DNA of 36,510 bases from an uncultured Bdellovibrionales bacterium (GTDB taxonomy: Bacteria; Patescibacteriota; Minisyncoccia; Moranbacterales; UBA1568). The position numbers and the translations under genes were made by a program. Location: the NCBI GenBank assembly GCA_964459475.1, contig CAYWLN010000003.1, forward strand, positions 1 to 36,510, written 5' to 3'. Shown one piece after another: positions 14,575 through 22,808 of this stretch (positions are counted from its first letter, which is position 1; each line of letters begins with the position of its first letter). The notes below the pieces were generated by a model. It saw nothing but the letters and a program-made list of their open reading frames with translations. It did not search any database and was not told the origin of the DNA.

Positions 14575-15130
14575 AGGTACGCTCTTTGATGATGCGAGCC
14601 ACTTGCTCGACGGTTTCCGAGAGCTTGCCTTCTTCATTTTCGACTTGGTAGTCATAGATATCGAGGTGGTTGAGCCATTCGCGAGTGTAGTCCATGCGCT
14701 CTTTGAAGTAGTGTTCATCTTTATCGGCATCACGATTGCGCAGTCTCTGCTCAAGCACGGAGAGCGGAGCGGAGATATAAATAGCAGGAATTGCGGGAAA
14801 TAGTTTCTTTATGGTGACTACACCCTTCCAATCCACGCGCCATATGGCAATACCGCTCGTTTGGCTCACACGATCAAGCTCTCTTTTCGTAACCCCGTAG
14901 AGGCCACCGTTTTCGTTGGTGGAATACTCGACAAATTCCCCTGCCTGGATACCGCGCTCAAACTCTTCTTTGGAAATGAAATAGTAGGGGTGGCCCTCAC
15001 TTTCAGTAGGACGTGGAAGACGCGAAGTCGTGGTGATGATGCGCTCAAGTGGCAAAAGTGCCTGAAGTCCATCAATAACTGAATCTTTGCCTGAACCAGC
15101 TGCCCCAGAGATGATAACAATGTTCTTCAT
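14567..15130 (-). CDS. gmk: guanylate kinase
   Basis: P-loop ISGAAGSGKDS and TTTSRLPRPTESEGHPYYFISKEEF, typical of Gmk. Confidence 0.88.
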   Translation of the reverse strand: MKNIVIISGAAGSGKDSVIDGLQALLPLERIITTTSRLPRPTESEGHPYYFISKEEFERGIQAGEFVEYSTNENGGLYGVTKRELDRVSQTSGIAIWRVDWKGVVTIKKLFPAIPAIYISAPLSVLEQRLRNRDADKDEHYFKERMDYTREWLNHLDIYDYQVENEEGKLSETVEQVARIIKERTCA

Positions 15131-15145
15131 AGAGTACAGTTACGA

Positions 15146-15193
15146 AAACATCCCTGCCAGCCGGCAGACACTCTGACAGAGGAAGGGATGTTT
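15146..15193 (-). other. intergenic stem-loop containing a CCTGCC-A-GCCGGCAG-type GC element (possible terminator or processing site)
   Basis: The outer stem AAACATCCCT/AGGGATGTTT (10 bp) encloses CTGCC-GGCT-GGCAG and CTCTG-T-CAGAG hairpins (minus-strand reading). It sits between the rpsA stop and the gmk start. Confidence 0.45.
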
Positions 15194-15210
15194 CGGAGAG
15201 AGATGTTGGT

Positions 15211-16380
15211 TTACGCGGCCACCTCTTCTTTGGCTCCTTTGGAAGCAGCCTTGTCCTTGACCGGGAGGAGCCCCATACGGTGACTCTTCGGTTCGATGGA
15301 AAGGATATTCCAAGAGTAGGTCTCGCCCTCCTTGAAGACATCTTCTATCTTCTTGCCAGGGTAGACATCTTGGAATTCGCTGACGTGAGCCAAACCATGG
15401 ATATCCTTGTCGAGGTAGACGAAGGCTCCAAAGTGGTTGATCTTGTCCACTTTGCCTGAAACAACGTCACCAATCTTGTACTTGGTGAGGACCTCGTCCC
15501 ACGGGTCCTTCTTCAAGGCCTTCATAGAGAGGGAAATACGTGTTTCTTCGATACCGATAATCTTGGCTTCGACGGCATCACCGGTCTTGATCATCTCACG
15601 TGGATCATCGATGAGCTGCCAGGCCAATTCGGAGATATGGACCAAGCCTTCGAGCTTTTCGCTCGGCTTCTTACCATCTTCTCGGATGGGAGGAGCAAAC
15701 TTGACGAAGGCACCGAAGTCTACGACCCCGCTTACTTCGCCGGAAACAATATCGCCGACTTTCAAGAGGTTGATCAGTTCACGCTCCTTTTCGCTCTGGG
15801 CCGCCTTTTCTGAGACGATAAGCTTCTCACTTTCACGATCGGCATCGAGGATACGGACCTGAATCTCTTGACCAATGAGCTTCTTCAGGAGATCGAGGAT
15901 TTTGTTCTTGTCACCATCCTCAACACGAGGGTAGTGCTCACTGGCGAGCTGGGAAACGGGGAGAAAGCCCACAATACCGTTAATTTCTACCATGAGACCG
16001 CCCTTATTGGCTTCCATGACCTTGGTACCGATGACTTCACGGTTCGTGAGCTTGTGCTCGATATCTTCCCAAGACTTCTCGTAGGAAGCCTCACGGATAG
16101 AGAGTTCAATATAGCCATCCTCGTTCTCATAGTTCATGAGAGTGGCCGTCACGGTGGTACCAACCTTGAGTTTGCCCTCCGGTCCGAGACCATCACGCAT
16201 TTCTTTGCCCAAAACGATACCGGTGCCCATAGGCCCGAGGTCGATGAGAGCGTAGCTTGAGGCGACAAACATGACGGTACCAGGGATAACGTCACCAATT
16301 TCTGGGATTTCGACAACGTGCTGGCTCAAAAGTTCCTCCATGGGGGAGGGGGTCGCCACTGCTTCTGTAGGAGTAGACAT
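15211..16380 (-). CDS. rpsA: 30S ribosomal protein S1 (four S1 domains)
   Basis: Repeated S1/OB motifs (G.V..V..FGAFV..). The start was moved to the ATG at 16380 (MSTPTEAV...) because the 45-aa track extension looks non-coding. Confidence 0.9.
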   Translation of the reverse strand: MSTPTEAVATPSPMEELLSQHVVEIPEIGDVIPGTVMFVASSYALIDLGPMGTGIVLGKEMRDGLGPEGKLKVGTTVTATLMNYENEDGYIELSIREASYEKSWEDIEHKLTNREVIGTKVMEANKGGLMVEINGIVGFLPVSQLASEHYPRVEDGDKNKILDLLKKLIGQEIQVRILDADRESEKLIVSEKAAQSEKERELINLLKVGDIVSGEVSGVVDFGAFVKFAPPIREDGKKPSEKLEGLVHISELAWQLIDDPREMIKTGDAVEAKIIGIEETRISLSMKALKKDPWDEVLTKYKIGDVVSGKVDKINHFGAFVYLDKDIHGLAHVSEFQDVYPGKKIEDVFKEGETYSWNILSIEPKSHRMGLLPVKDKAASKGAKEEVAA

Positions 16381-16557
16381 AGTGTTACGAGACTGGTGAG
16401 AGCGCCAAAACTCACAATTTAGGATTAAAAGGCGCAAAAAAAGGCTGCAAAGGCGCCTTGGTAACAGAAGGAGAAGCGAGGAATAAGCTTCCTCGTATTC
16501 AGTTGTGTTAGCCAATTAGCCGAGATGCCCCACATTTCATACTTGGGACCTCGACTG

Positions 16558-16586
16558 AGTCTAGCTCAGTTTGGAAAAAAAAGCAA
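16558..16586 (-). promoter_or_regulatory. candidate rpsA promoter TTGCTT-N17-TAGACT
   Basis: Minus-strand -35 at 16586-16581 and -10 at 16563-16558. This predicts a 5' UTR of about 170 nt containing several hairpins. Confidence 0.4.
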
Positions 16587-16648
16587 GGCACCGTCGTGTG
16601 TAAGCGACCAGATGAGCCCAATGTTGGCGAGAGAGGGAGGAAAGTGTC

Positions 16649-16677
16649 TTGTCGGAGGCCAAAAAGCCTGCTAAAAT
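16649..16677 (+). promoter_or_regulatory. candidate promoter TTGTCG-N17-TAAAAT
   Basis: -35 at 16649-16654 and -10 at 16672-16677, 29 nt upstream of the ATG at 16706. Confidence 0.4.
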
Positions 16678-16705
16678 GAGCACACAGTAATGAAAATGAC
16701 CTTGT

Positions 16706-17365
16706 ATGAATATCCAATACTACGGAGACTATTGTTTCAAATTGAGCACCAAACCAGCCGGTCGGGCTACTGACGACGTGGTAATTTGGACCGATCTCCT
16801 CGAAAAAGGGGCGGGACTACGCGCTCCGCAGGGTCAGGCTGATATCGTTTTTCTCACCCATGGCGATACCGAGATGGTAAAGGAGACCCTGAAGGGTGAG
16901 CCGACCGTTATTGACGCTCCAGGCGAATACTCAGCCAAGGGAATTGCGGCACTCGGCTTTCCTTCTTTTCAAGATGATAAGGAAGGGGCACTCCGGGGGC
17001 AAAACACAGTGTATGTCTTTGAGAGCGAAGATATTCATATCGCGTTTTTGGGTGCACTCGGTCATGACCTCTCACCGGAGCTCTTGGACAAACTCTCCGG
17101 TATCGATATTTTGTTTTTGCCCGTCGGTGGTGCCGATGCTATCACACCCAAGCTCGCAGCGGAGCTGGCACGCAAGATTGAGCCCAAAGTGGTCATCCCG
17201 ATGCACTACAAGCTCTCAGGGCTCACGCTCCCGCTTGAGAGTGAAAAGGCTTTTTGTGAAGCAATTGGCAATTGTCCAAAAGAGGCCTTATCAAAAATGA
17301 ATATCAAGAAGAAAGATCTTGAAGGAAAACAGCTCGAAGTCGTCCTCCTCGAACGAGGGGCCTAA
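16706..17365 (+). CDS. MBL-fold metallo-hydrolase-like protein (degenerate HxHxDH motif)
   Basis: 219 aa. The order of beta-lactamase-fold motifs is D.V.LTHGD ... H ... D ... PMH, but the first motif is incomplete (FLTHGDTE). Confidence 0.55.
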   Translation: MNIQYYGDYCFKLSTKPAGRATDDVVIWTDLLEKGAGLRAPQGQADIVFLTHGDTEMVKETLKGEPTVIDAPGEYSAKGIAALGFPSFQDDKEGALRGQNTVYVFESEDIHIAFLGALGHDLSPELLDKLSGIDILFLPVGGADAITPKLAAELARKIEPKVVIPMHYKLSGLTLPLESEKAFCEAIGNCPKEALSKMNIKKKDLEGKQLEVVLLERGA

Positions 17366-17374
17366 TACCTCCGT

Positions 17375-17695
17375 ATGGCGATGTCCTTGTGGGAAAAAAT
17401 TGAGCAGATGCGCGAGGAGCCCGAGCACGTGCGACAGCGATATGTCGTCATCGCCGTCTCGGTTTCTATGGTGTTCATCATTGGTATCTGGCTCCTGTCC
17501 GTCGGAGAAAATGTCACTCAGACAGCCAGCGATATCCCCAAGGCAGTGGAAGGAGGAAAGTCATTGGTACCGGGTACACCCTCGCTCAATTCTCTCTTTG
17601 GTGAAACGGCGCCACTTCGACTCGAGACTGATCCGGTACCTGGCAAGCAGTTCCTTGATGAGGAAATAACGAATCGCCAGGGGGAGGGGCAGTAG
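17375..17695 (+). CDS. small single-pass membrane protein, hypothetical
   Basis: 106 aa with one transmembrane segment (YVVIAVSVSMVFIIGIWLLSV). It is tightly linked to the upstream gene. Confidence 0.5.
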   Translation: MAMSLWEKIEQMREEPEHVRQRYVVIAVSVSMVFIIGIWLLSVGENVTQTASDIPKAVEGGKSLVPGTPSLNSLFGETAPLRLETDPVPGKQFLDEEITNRQGEGQ

Positions 17696-17730
17696 CAGTA
17701 TTCATATATTTACCCACGTAGCACATCTGT

Positions 17731-20181
17731 ATGGAAGACAAGAAAGAATTTCATGACGGGAAAATAGAGCCACGGTCGATTGCGGAAGAAGTCCGACAGT
17801 CGTATCTCGACTATGCCATGAGTGTTATCGTGGCTCGAGCACTTCCGGATGTCCGTGATGGACTGAAACCTGTGCATCGACGCATCCTCTACTCGATGTG
17901 GTCAACCGGACTCCGGTCTACCGCCAAGTTTCGCAAGTCGGCAACGGTAGTCGGTGAAGTGCTCGGTAAGTATCATCCGCACGGAGACACCGCGGTCTAT
18001 GACACGATGGTCCGTATGGCCCAGGATTTTTCTCTTCGTTATCCGCTGGTCTGGGGCCAAGGAAACTTCGGTTCGATGGATGGTGATAGCGCGGCAGCAT
18101 ACCGGTATACCGAAGCGAAATTGAAGGCCATTGCCGAAGAAATGCTTGTTGATATCGACAAAGATACGGTGGATTTTATTCCCAACTTTGATGGGATGCA
18201 TGAGGAACCTCAGGTACTCCCAGCCAAACTTCCGCAACTCCTCTTGAACGGTACGGTGGGTATCGCTGTTGGTATGGCGACCAATATCCCGCCTCACAAC
18301 TTAAACGAACTGGTGGATGGTATCTGTCACTTGATTGACCATCCTGATGCCACCGTCGATGACCTGATGGAATTTATCAAAGGTCCGGATTTCCCAACGG
18401 GTGGTATTATTTACAATCAGAAAGACATCCGAGAGGCCTACGCGACTGGCAAGGGGCCGATTATGGCGCGGGCCAAAGCGGAAATTGTCGAGATGAAATC
18501 CGGTCTCTTCCAGATCGTAGTGACCGAAATGACCTACGCCACGAACAAGGCGTCGCTCATCATGAAGATTGCCGAGCTCTACAAAGAAAACAAGTTGCCT
18601 GGGATCAAGGATCTTCGCGATGAGTCGGACAAAGACGGGGTGCGGGTGGTAATTGACCTGAAGAAGGAAGCTTTTCCGCAGAAGGTCTTGAATCAGCTCT
18701 ATCAGATGACTGACCTCCAGAAGAATTTTAACGTGAACATGCTCGCGCTTGTGGACGGTGTTGATCCGCAGATTCTGACCCTCAAGTCCATCCTCGAGCA
18801 CTATGTGAAACACCGCGAAGTTGTGGTTGTCCGTCGAACCGAACATGATTTGAAGAAAGCCAAGGACCGGGCGCATATCCTCGAAGGACTCAAGATTGCC
18901 CTTGATCACATCGACGCGATCATCGAAACCATCAAGAAGTCGGCCAACAAAGAGGAGGCCCATATGAACTTGATGAAGAAGTTTAAGCTCTCAGAACTCC
19001 AGGCCACGGCTATTCTCGAGATGCGCCTCCAGACCCTCTCTGGATTGGAACGAAAGAAGATTGAGGAAGAGTTGGAAGAAAAGTACAAACTCATTGCCTA
19101 CCTCGAAGATCTCCTCAAACACCGAAAAAAGATTTTGGCCCTAGTGAAGAGCGAACTCATCGAAGTCCGTGATCGATTTGGTGACGAGCGGAAGACCAAA
19201 GTAGTGAAGGGTGCTATTGGAGAGTTCCGCCAGGAAGACCTCATCCCAAACGAAGAGGCCATCATCACCCTCACCGAGGATGGCTACATCAAGCGCATGA
19301 ACCCAAGTGTTTATCGTGTCCAGAAGCGCGGAGGCAAAGGTGTGATCGGCGCGACCACCAAGGAAGAAGACAAGATTGCCAAGGTACTCACGATTGAGAC
19401 CCATGACAACCTCATGTTCTTTACGAATTCCGGCAAAGTCTTCCAGACCAAAGCCTATGAAATTCCAGAATCGACTCGAACGTCCAAGGGTCAGGCCATT
19501 GTAAATTTCCTCCAGCTCTCTCAGGAAGAAAAAATCACCGCGGTAGTAGCCCTCAACAAGGGGAGTGACTACAAGTACCTCTTTATGGCGACCGAAAAAG
19601 GGACCATCAAGAAGACCAAACTGGAAGACTTTGAAAATGTGAGACGGAGTGGTCTCATCGCTATCACCCTCGAAAAGGGTGACACCCTCGGTTGGGTGGG
19701 TGCGACGACCGGAAGTGACGAAGTCGTCCTCACCACGAACGACGGCCAAGCGATCCGCTTCAAAGAGTCTGATGTCCGGCCGATGGGTCGTAACGCGGCT
19801 GGTGTCCGTGGTATGAAGCTAAAGAATGTGGATGTCTTGGTCGGGATGGACGTCGTCCTCAAGGGTGACAAGGATCTCGAGCTCCTCATCCTCTCCCAAA
19901 ACGGCTACGGCAAGCGAAGTGAACTGAAAAGCTACAAAGTCCAGAAGCGTGGTGGATCCGGGATCAAGACCATGAAGGTGACGCCAAAGACTGGTAAGCT
20001 CGTTGGCGCCAAGGTCGTGAGCATGGCCAACATCGAAGATGACCTCATCCTCACATCGTCCAAGGGCACCATCATCCGTATCCCATTCAAGAGCATTCCA
20101 AAATTGGGTCGCGTCACTCAGGGCGTCCGGATCATGAAGCCTCAGTCCGGAGACAGCGTGGCAGCGTTTACGATTCTGTAG
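17731..20181 (+). CDS. gyrA: DNA gyrase subunit A
   Basis: Conserved N-terminus [12 protein letters not shown], the active-site region [10 protein letters not shown] with catalytic Tyr, and C-terminal beta-pinwheel repeats. The length of 816 aa indicates no intein. Confidence 0.97.
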   Translation: MEDKKEFHDGKIEPRSIAEEVRQSYLDYAMSVIVARALPDVRDGLKPVHRRILYSMWSTGLRSTAKFRKSATVVGEVLGKYHPHGDTAVYDTMVRMAQDFSLRYPLVWGQGNFGSMDGDSAAAYRYTEAKLKAIAEEMLVDIDKDTVDFIPNFDGMHEEPQVLPAKLPQLLLNGTVGIAVGMATNIPPHNLNELVDGICHLIDHPDATVDDLMEFIKGPDFPTGGIIYNQKDIREAYATGKGPIMARAKAEIVEMKSGLFQIVVTEMTYATNKASLIMKIAELYKENKLPGIKDLRDESDKDGVRVVIDLKKEAFPQKVLNQLYQMTDLQKNFNVNMLALVDGVDPQILTLKSILEHYVKHREVVVVRRTEHDLKKAKDRAHILEGLKIALDHIDAIIETIKKSANKEEAHMNLMKKFKLSELQATAILEMRLQTLSGLERKKIEEELEEKYKLIAYLEDLLKHRKKILALVKSELIEVRDRFGDERKTKVVKGAIGEFRQEDLIPNEEAIITLTEDGYIKRMNPSVYRVQKRGGKGVIGATTKEEDKIAKVLTIETHDNLMFFTNSGKVFQTKAYEIPESTRTSKGQAIVNFLQLSQEEKITAVVALNKGSDYKYLFMATEKGTIKKTKLEDFENVRRSGLIAITLEKGDTLGWVGATTGSDEVVLTTNDGQAIRFKESDVRPMGRNAAGVRGMKLKNVDVLVGMDVVLKGDKDLELLILSQNGYGKRSELKSYKVQKRGGSGIKTMKVTPKTGKLVGAKVVSMANIEDDLILTSSKGTIIRIPFKSIPKLGRVTQGVRIMKPQSGDSVAAFTIL

Positions 20182-20201
20182 GTAGAAGCAAAGATATACA
20201 G

Positions 20202-20226
20202 CCCCGTTACCAAACGGGGTTTTGTA
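20202..20226 (+). terminator. rho-independent terminator of gyrA
   Basis: CCCCGTT-acca-AACGGGG followed by TTTTGTATT. Confidence 0.75.
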
Positions 20227-20256
20227 TTGACAAAGTGAGAAAAAAGAGGCTAGAGT
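20227..20256 (+). promoter_or_regulatory. promoter TTGACA-N18-TAGAGT
   Basis: -35 at 20227-20232 and -10 at 20251-20256. It has the same architecture and the same ggcTAGAGTg context as 22665-22694. Confidence 0.5.
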
Positions 20257-20283
20257 GACAGCAATCCACAACGGAGATGAATC

Positions 20284-20742
20284 ATGGACCATTACAGAGT
20301 GCACAGCGTTGCACTGCTCTTGTTGGACGGACAAGGAGCGTTGTACTGCGTACAAGAGCTCCAATCCAAGCCAGCCATTGGCAAGGTGGTTGGCAGCAAG
20401 GACTACTCTTTCCCCTGGGAAACCGTGGAGCCGGATGAGAGACTCCTCCGCACTCTTCATCGACTCATCATCGAGGAAGTTGATGTCACAGATCGTGTCC
20501 GAATCAGCTTCCCGGTCTCTATCGGATGTGTGCCGGTATACGACACCCTTGCCCATGTCTTCGTGGCTCGGTTCGAAGCAGGCCCTGAAGGCATGAGGGG
20601 ATTTCATGCTGGCATCGAGATTGAGCCTCTTGGATGGCAAACGAGGGAGTTTCTCCTGTCGCGCTGTCGGGATGGTGTCCCAGAAGTGCTCGCATTGCTC
20701 GATCAGTACGAGCAAGACTCAATTGCCTGCGGGTCTCAGTGA
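20284..20742 (+). CDS. NUDIX hydrolase-like protein
   Basis: 152 aa. A Nudix-box-like segment, PWETVEPDERLLRTLHRLIIEEV, is present but degenerate. Confidence 0.5.
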   Translation: MDHYRVHSVALLLLDGQGALYCVQELQSKPAIGKVVGSKDYSFPWETVEPDERLLRTLHRLIIEEVDVTDRVRISFPVSIGCVPVYDTLAHVFVARFEAGPEGMRGFHAGIEIEPLGWQTREFLLSRCRDGVPEVLALLDQYEQDSIACGSQ

Positions 20743-20747
20743 GTCAT

Positions 20748-20787
20748 GGAGTGTTGGGATGAGAATCAATCCCCACTCCTTTTTTTA
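20748..20787 (+). terminator. hairpin plus T-run terminator between convergent genes
   Basis: GGAGTG (20748-20753) pairs with CACTCC (20774-20779) and is followed by TTTTTTT. The loop is large, at 20 nt. Confidence 0.45.
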
Positions 20788-21600
20788 TTTCTTTACTATG
20801 ATAGTAGTGCCAAAGAATTTCCTTTGGTCGAATATAAAAGAGAAATTCTTTGATACCAGGCCATTAAAAAGTCGAATCTCTTCAAGAGACGGCATCTTGT
20901 AAAACAAGGAGAATTTCTTGGAAAGGCCACCGGTGACATCGATATTGTGCGACTTTCCCATCTGTATAGTACCGCGTGATAGTTCTTTCAAGGTTGTTTT
21001 TTGAATGAGAGTGGCGTTGCTATATTGGTGAGGATCCGCGGTATAGATGCCATCAACATCTGAAGCAAAGAAGACGGATTCAGCCGAAAAGTGTCGTGCG
21101 AGCTCCGGAACAAGTACATCTCCGGAACAGACCGAGAGCCCCCAAGTAGTATCAAAGACCATGTCGCCGTGGAGGAGGGGGATAGCCCCAACCGAGAGAG
21201 CGGACTCTATGCTGTCTATATTGAGCGATGAAAGTTTCCCGGCCTCGTTTTTGGCTATGGTTCGAGTTGGAAGACCAACGACGGGGAGACCAGCTGTAAC
21301 AAAGAGCGTGGTGAGCTCCGCATTGAGACGGGCATCAAGGGACTGATTTTCAATGGCACGAAATGTTTTCTGGGGCTGATCTTTGGTTCCTTGGGCCAGG
21401 CCGTAGTGGTGGGCGTGAATATGCCCGAAAGAGCCAGCCCCATGGATAAGAATGAGAGCATGCTTCAGTGGGTCGTACTGTTTCTTGAGGATGGACGCAA
21501 TTTTTGAGACATGGGTACGTCGAATAGCAGGACGACCAAGGTGTTTTAGGGTCACGATACTGCCACCGAGTTTGACGATGAGGACTTGTTTTTTGGGCAT
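20785..21600 (-). CDS. isopentenyl phosphate kinase (amino-acid kinase fold)
   Basis: N-terminal IVKLGGSIVT and the diagnostic HGAGSFGH motif. The size of 271 aa is typical of IPK. Confidence 0.75.
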   Translation of the reverse strand: MPKKQVLIVKLGGSIVTLKHLGRPAIRRTHVSKIASILKKQYDPLKHALILIHGAGSFGHIHAHHYGLAQGTKDQPQKTFRAIENQSLDARLNAELTTLFVTAGLPVVGLPTRTIAKNEAGKLSSLNIDSIESALSVGAIPLLHGDMVFDTTWGLSVCSGDVLVPELARHFSAESVFFASDVDGIYTADPHQYSNATLIQKTTLKELSRGTIQMGKSHNIDVTGGLSKKFSLFYKMPSLEEIRLFNGLVSKNFSFIFDQRKFFGTTIIVKK

Positions 21601-21764
21601 AGAGTGTATTCTGAGACAACGCTACATGGAAAGTGGGTTTTTGTCTACTAATTCCTCGAGTTGCAAAAAATGAGGAAGCGTGTTATTGTACTTTTGTTAA
21701 CATTTATCACGAGCGTGGATTGGTTCACCCCTCTGGCGAACGAGTCTATTGCTGACACAAGGTT

Positions 21765-22028
21765 ATGGCGCTTACGCACAAGCAGAAGGAGAAAGTCACG
21801 ACGCCGGTCAAACGGCACGACAAGGATACTGGTTCTCCAGAGTATCAGGTGGCCAAGTTTACCGAAGAAATCAAGCGTTTGACGACGCACTTGAAGAAGA
21901 ACAAGAAGGATTTTCATTCTCGCCGTGGACTCCTCAAAATGGTTTCAAAGCGGAAGAAGCTCCTCTCGTATCTCGAGAAGACCAACGAAAAGTCGTACAA
22001 GACACTCGTGAAAACACTGGGCCTCTAG
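21765..22028 (+). CDS. rpsO: 30S ribosomal protein S15
   Basis: 87 aa containing GSPEYQVA..TE.I..LT.HLK..KKD.HSRRGLL.MV..R..LL.YL. Confidence 0.95.
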   Translation: MALTHKQKEKVTTPVKRHDKDTGSPEYQVAKFTEEIKRLTTHLKKNKKDFHSRRGLLKMVSKRKKLLSYLEKTNEKSYKTLVKTLGL

Positions 22029-22042
22029 GCCCTTTGTTTTTT
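22019..22042 (+). terminator. rpsO terminator
   Basis: GGGCC-TCTA-GGCCC overlaps the stop codon and is followed by TTTGTTTTTT. Confidence 0.7.
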
Positions 22043-22079
22043 AGGGAAGTTTTAAACAAGAAGATATTTTATAAATTAT

Positions 22080-22577
22080 ATGGCGAAGTTTGCAGAGCAG
22101 AGAGTCGGAGTGTTTGTCGATATCCAGAATATGTACTATAGCGCCCGTGTGCTCTATAGCAAGAAGGTGAATTTTAAGAATGTACTCCTCTCAGCCGTGA
22201 GTGACCGCAAGGCCATCCGAGCCTTGGCCTACGGCATCAAGACGGTGGAGGCGACTGAAGACAAGTTCTTTGAGGCCCTCGGCAAGAGTGGCTACGAAGT
22301 GAAGACTAAGGACCTTCAGATTTTTCACGATGGTTCCAAAAAAGGGGATTGGGACGTAGGTATCGCTATCGATGCCATCAAGATGGCCCCCAAGCTCGAT
22401 GTGATTGTGATCGTCTCCGGTGATGGTGACTACATCTCACTCGTCGAATACCTCCAAAACACCTATGGCTGTCGCGTTGAGGTGGTGGCTTTTGCTGAAT
22501 CAGCCTCAGCCAAGTTGATCGAACAGGCTGATGACTTCATCAATCTTTCTGATGACAAAAAGAAGTTCCTCATTTAA
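22080..22577 (+). CDS. NYN-domain (LabA-like) putative ribonuclease
   Basis: 165 aa. It contains VFVDIQNMYYSA near the N-terminus and IVSGDGDY (the Asp cluster of the NYN/PIN-like fold). Confidence 0.75.
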   Translation: MAKFAEQRVGVFVDIQNMYYSARVLYSKKVNFKNVLLSAVSDRKAIRALAYGIKTVEATEDKFFEALGKSGYEVKTKDLQIFHDGSKKGDWDVGIAIDAIKMAPKLDVIVIVSGDGDYISLVEYLQNTYGCRVEVVAFAESASAKLIEQADDFINLSDDKKKFLI

Positions 22578-22664
22578 ATGTCCCCTTCAAGAAGTCTCTT
22601 ACGCTTTCGCAAAAATAGGTGTGGGCTCGCCCGCCATACTACTCGTAGAGTTGTAGGCGGGTCT

Positions 22665-22694
22665 TTGACAAAAGAGTCACTATAAGGCTAGAGT
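22665..22694 (+). promoter_or_regulatory. pnp promoter TTGACA-N18-TAGAGT
   Basis: -35 at 22665-22670 and -10 at 22689-22694. It is preceded by a CCCGCC...GGCGGG hairpin. Confidence 0.5.
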
Positions 22695-22720
22695 GGGGAT
22701 GGTAACTTAATCATTGTTTC

Positions 22721-22799
22721 GTCCGGTAGGTACTGGTTAATAAGTACACGAGTGTGGCCTGTGGCCCTAGTCGCGTGTTTGTTAGCTTACCTTCCGGAC
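22721..22799 (+). promoter_or_regulatory. long stem-loop in the pnp 5' UTR
   Basis: GTCCGGTAGGTA (22721-22732) pairs with TACCTTCCGGAC (22788-22799) at 11 of 12 bp. It lies just upstream of the ATG at 22809. Confidence 0.45.
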
Positions 22800-22808
22800 C
22801 AGAAGTGT

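Noticed and set aside
16381-16515. N-terminal extensions in the ORF track (rpsA from 16515, pnp from 22752, tilS from 14754, lspA from 27568, and 24986)
   Set aside because: The track starts are GTG or TTG codons of the longest ORF. The extensions overlap upstream genes or terminators and have non-protein-like composition, so internal starts were chosen.
17731-20181. Possible intein in gyrA or other common intein hosts (ftsH, helicase, comM)
   Set aside because: All have normal lengths and uninterrupted conserved motifs. Only the Xer-type recombinase shows intein blocks.
19819-20715. 298-aa minus-strand ORF, and other long antisense ORFs (18301-18963, 19141-19749, 24165-24758, 28120-28815, 31499-32170, 23568-24029)
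   Set aside because: Each lies antisense to a strongly supported gene (gyrA, NUDIX-like, pnp, comM, UbiA-family). None has recognisable motifs, so they are treated as shadow ORFs.
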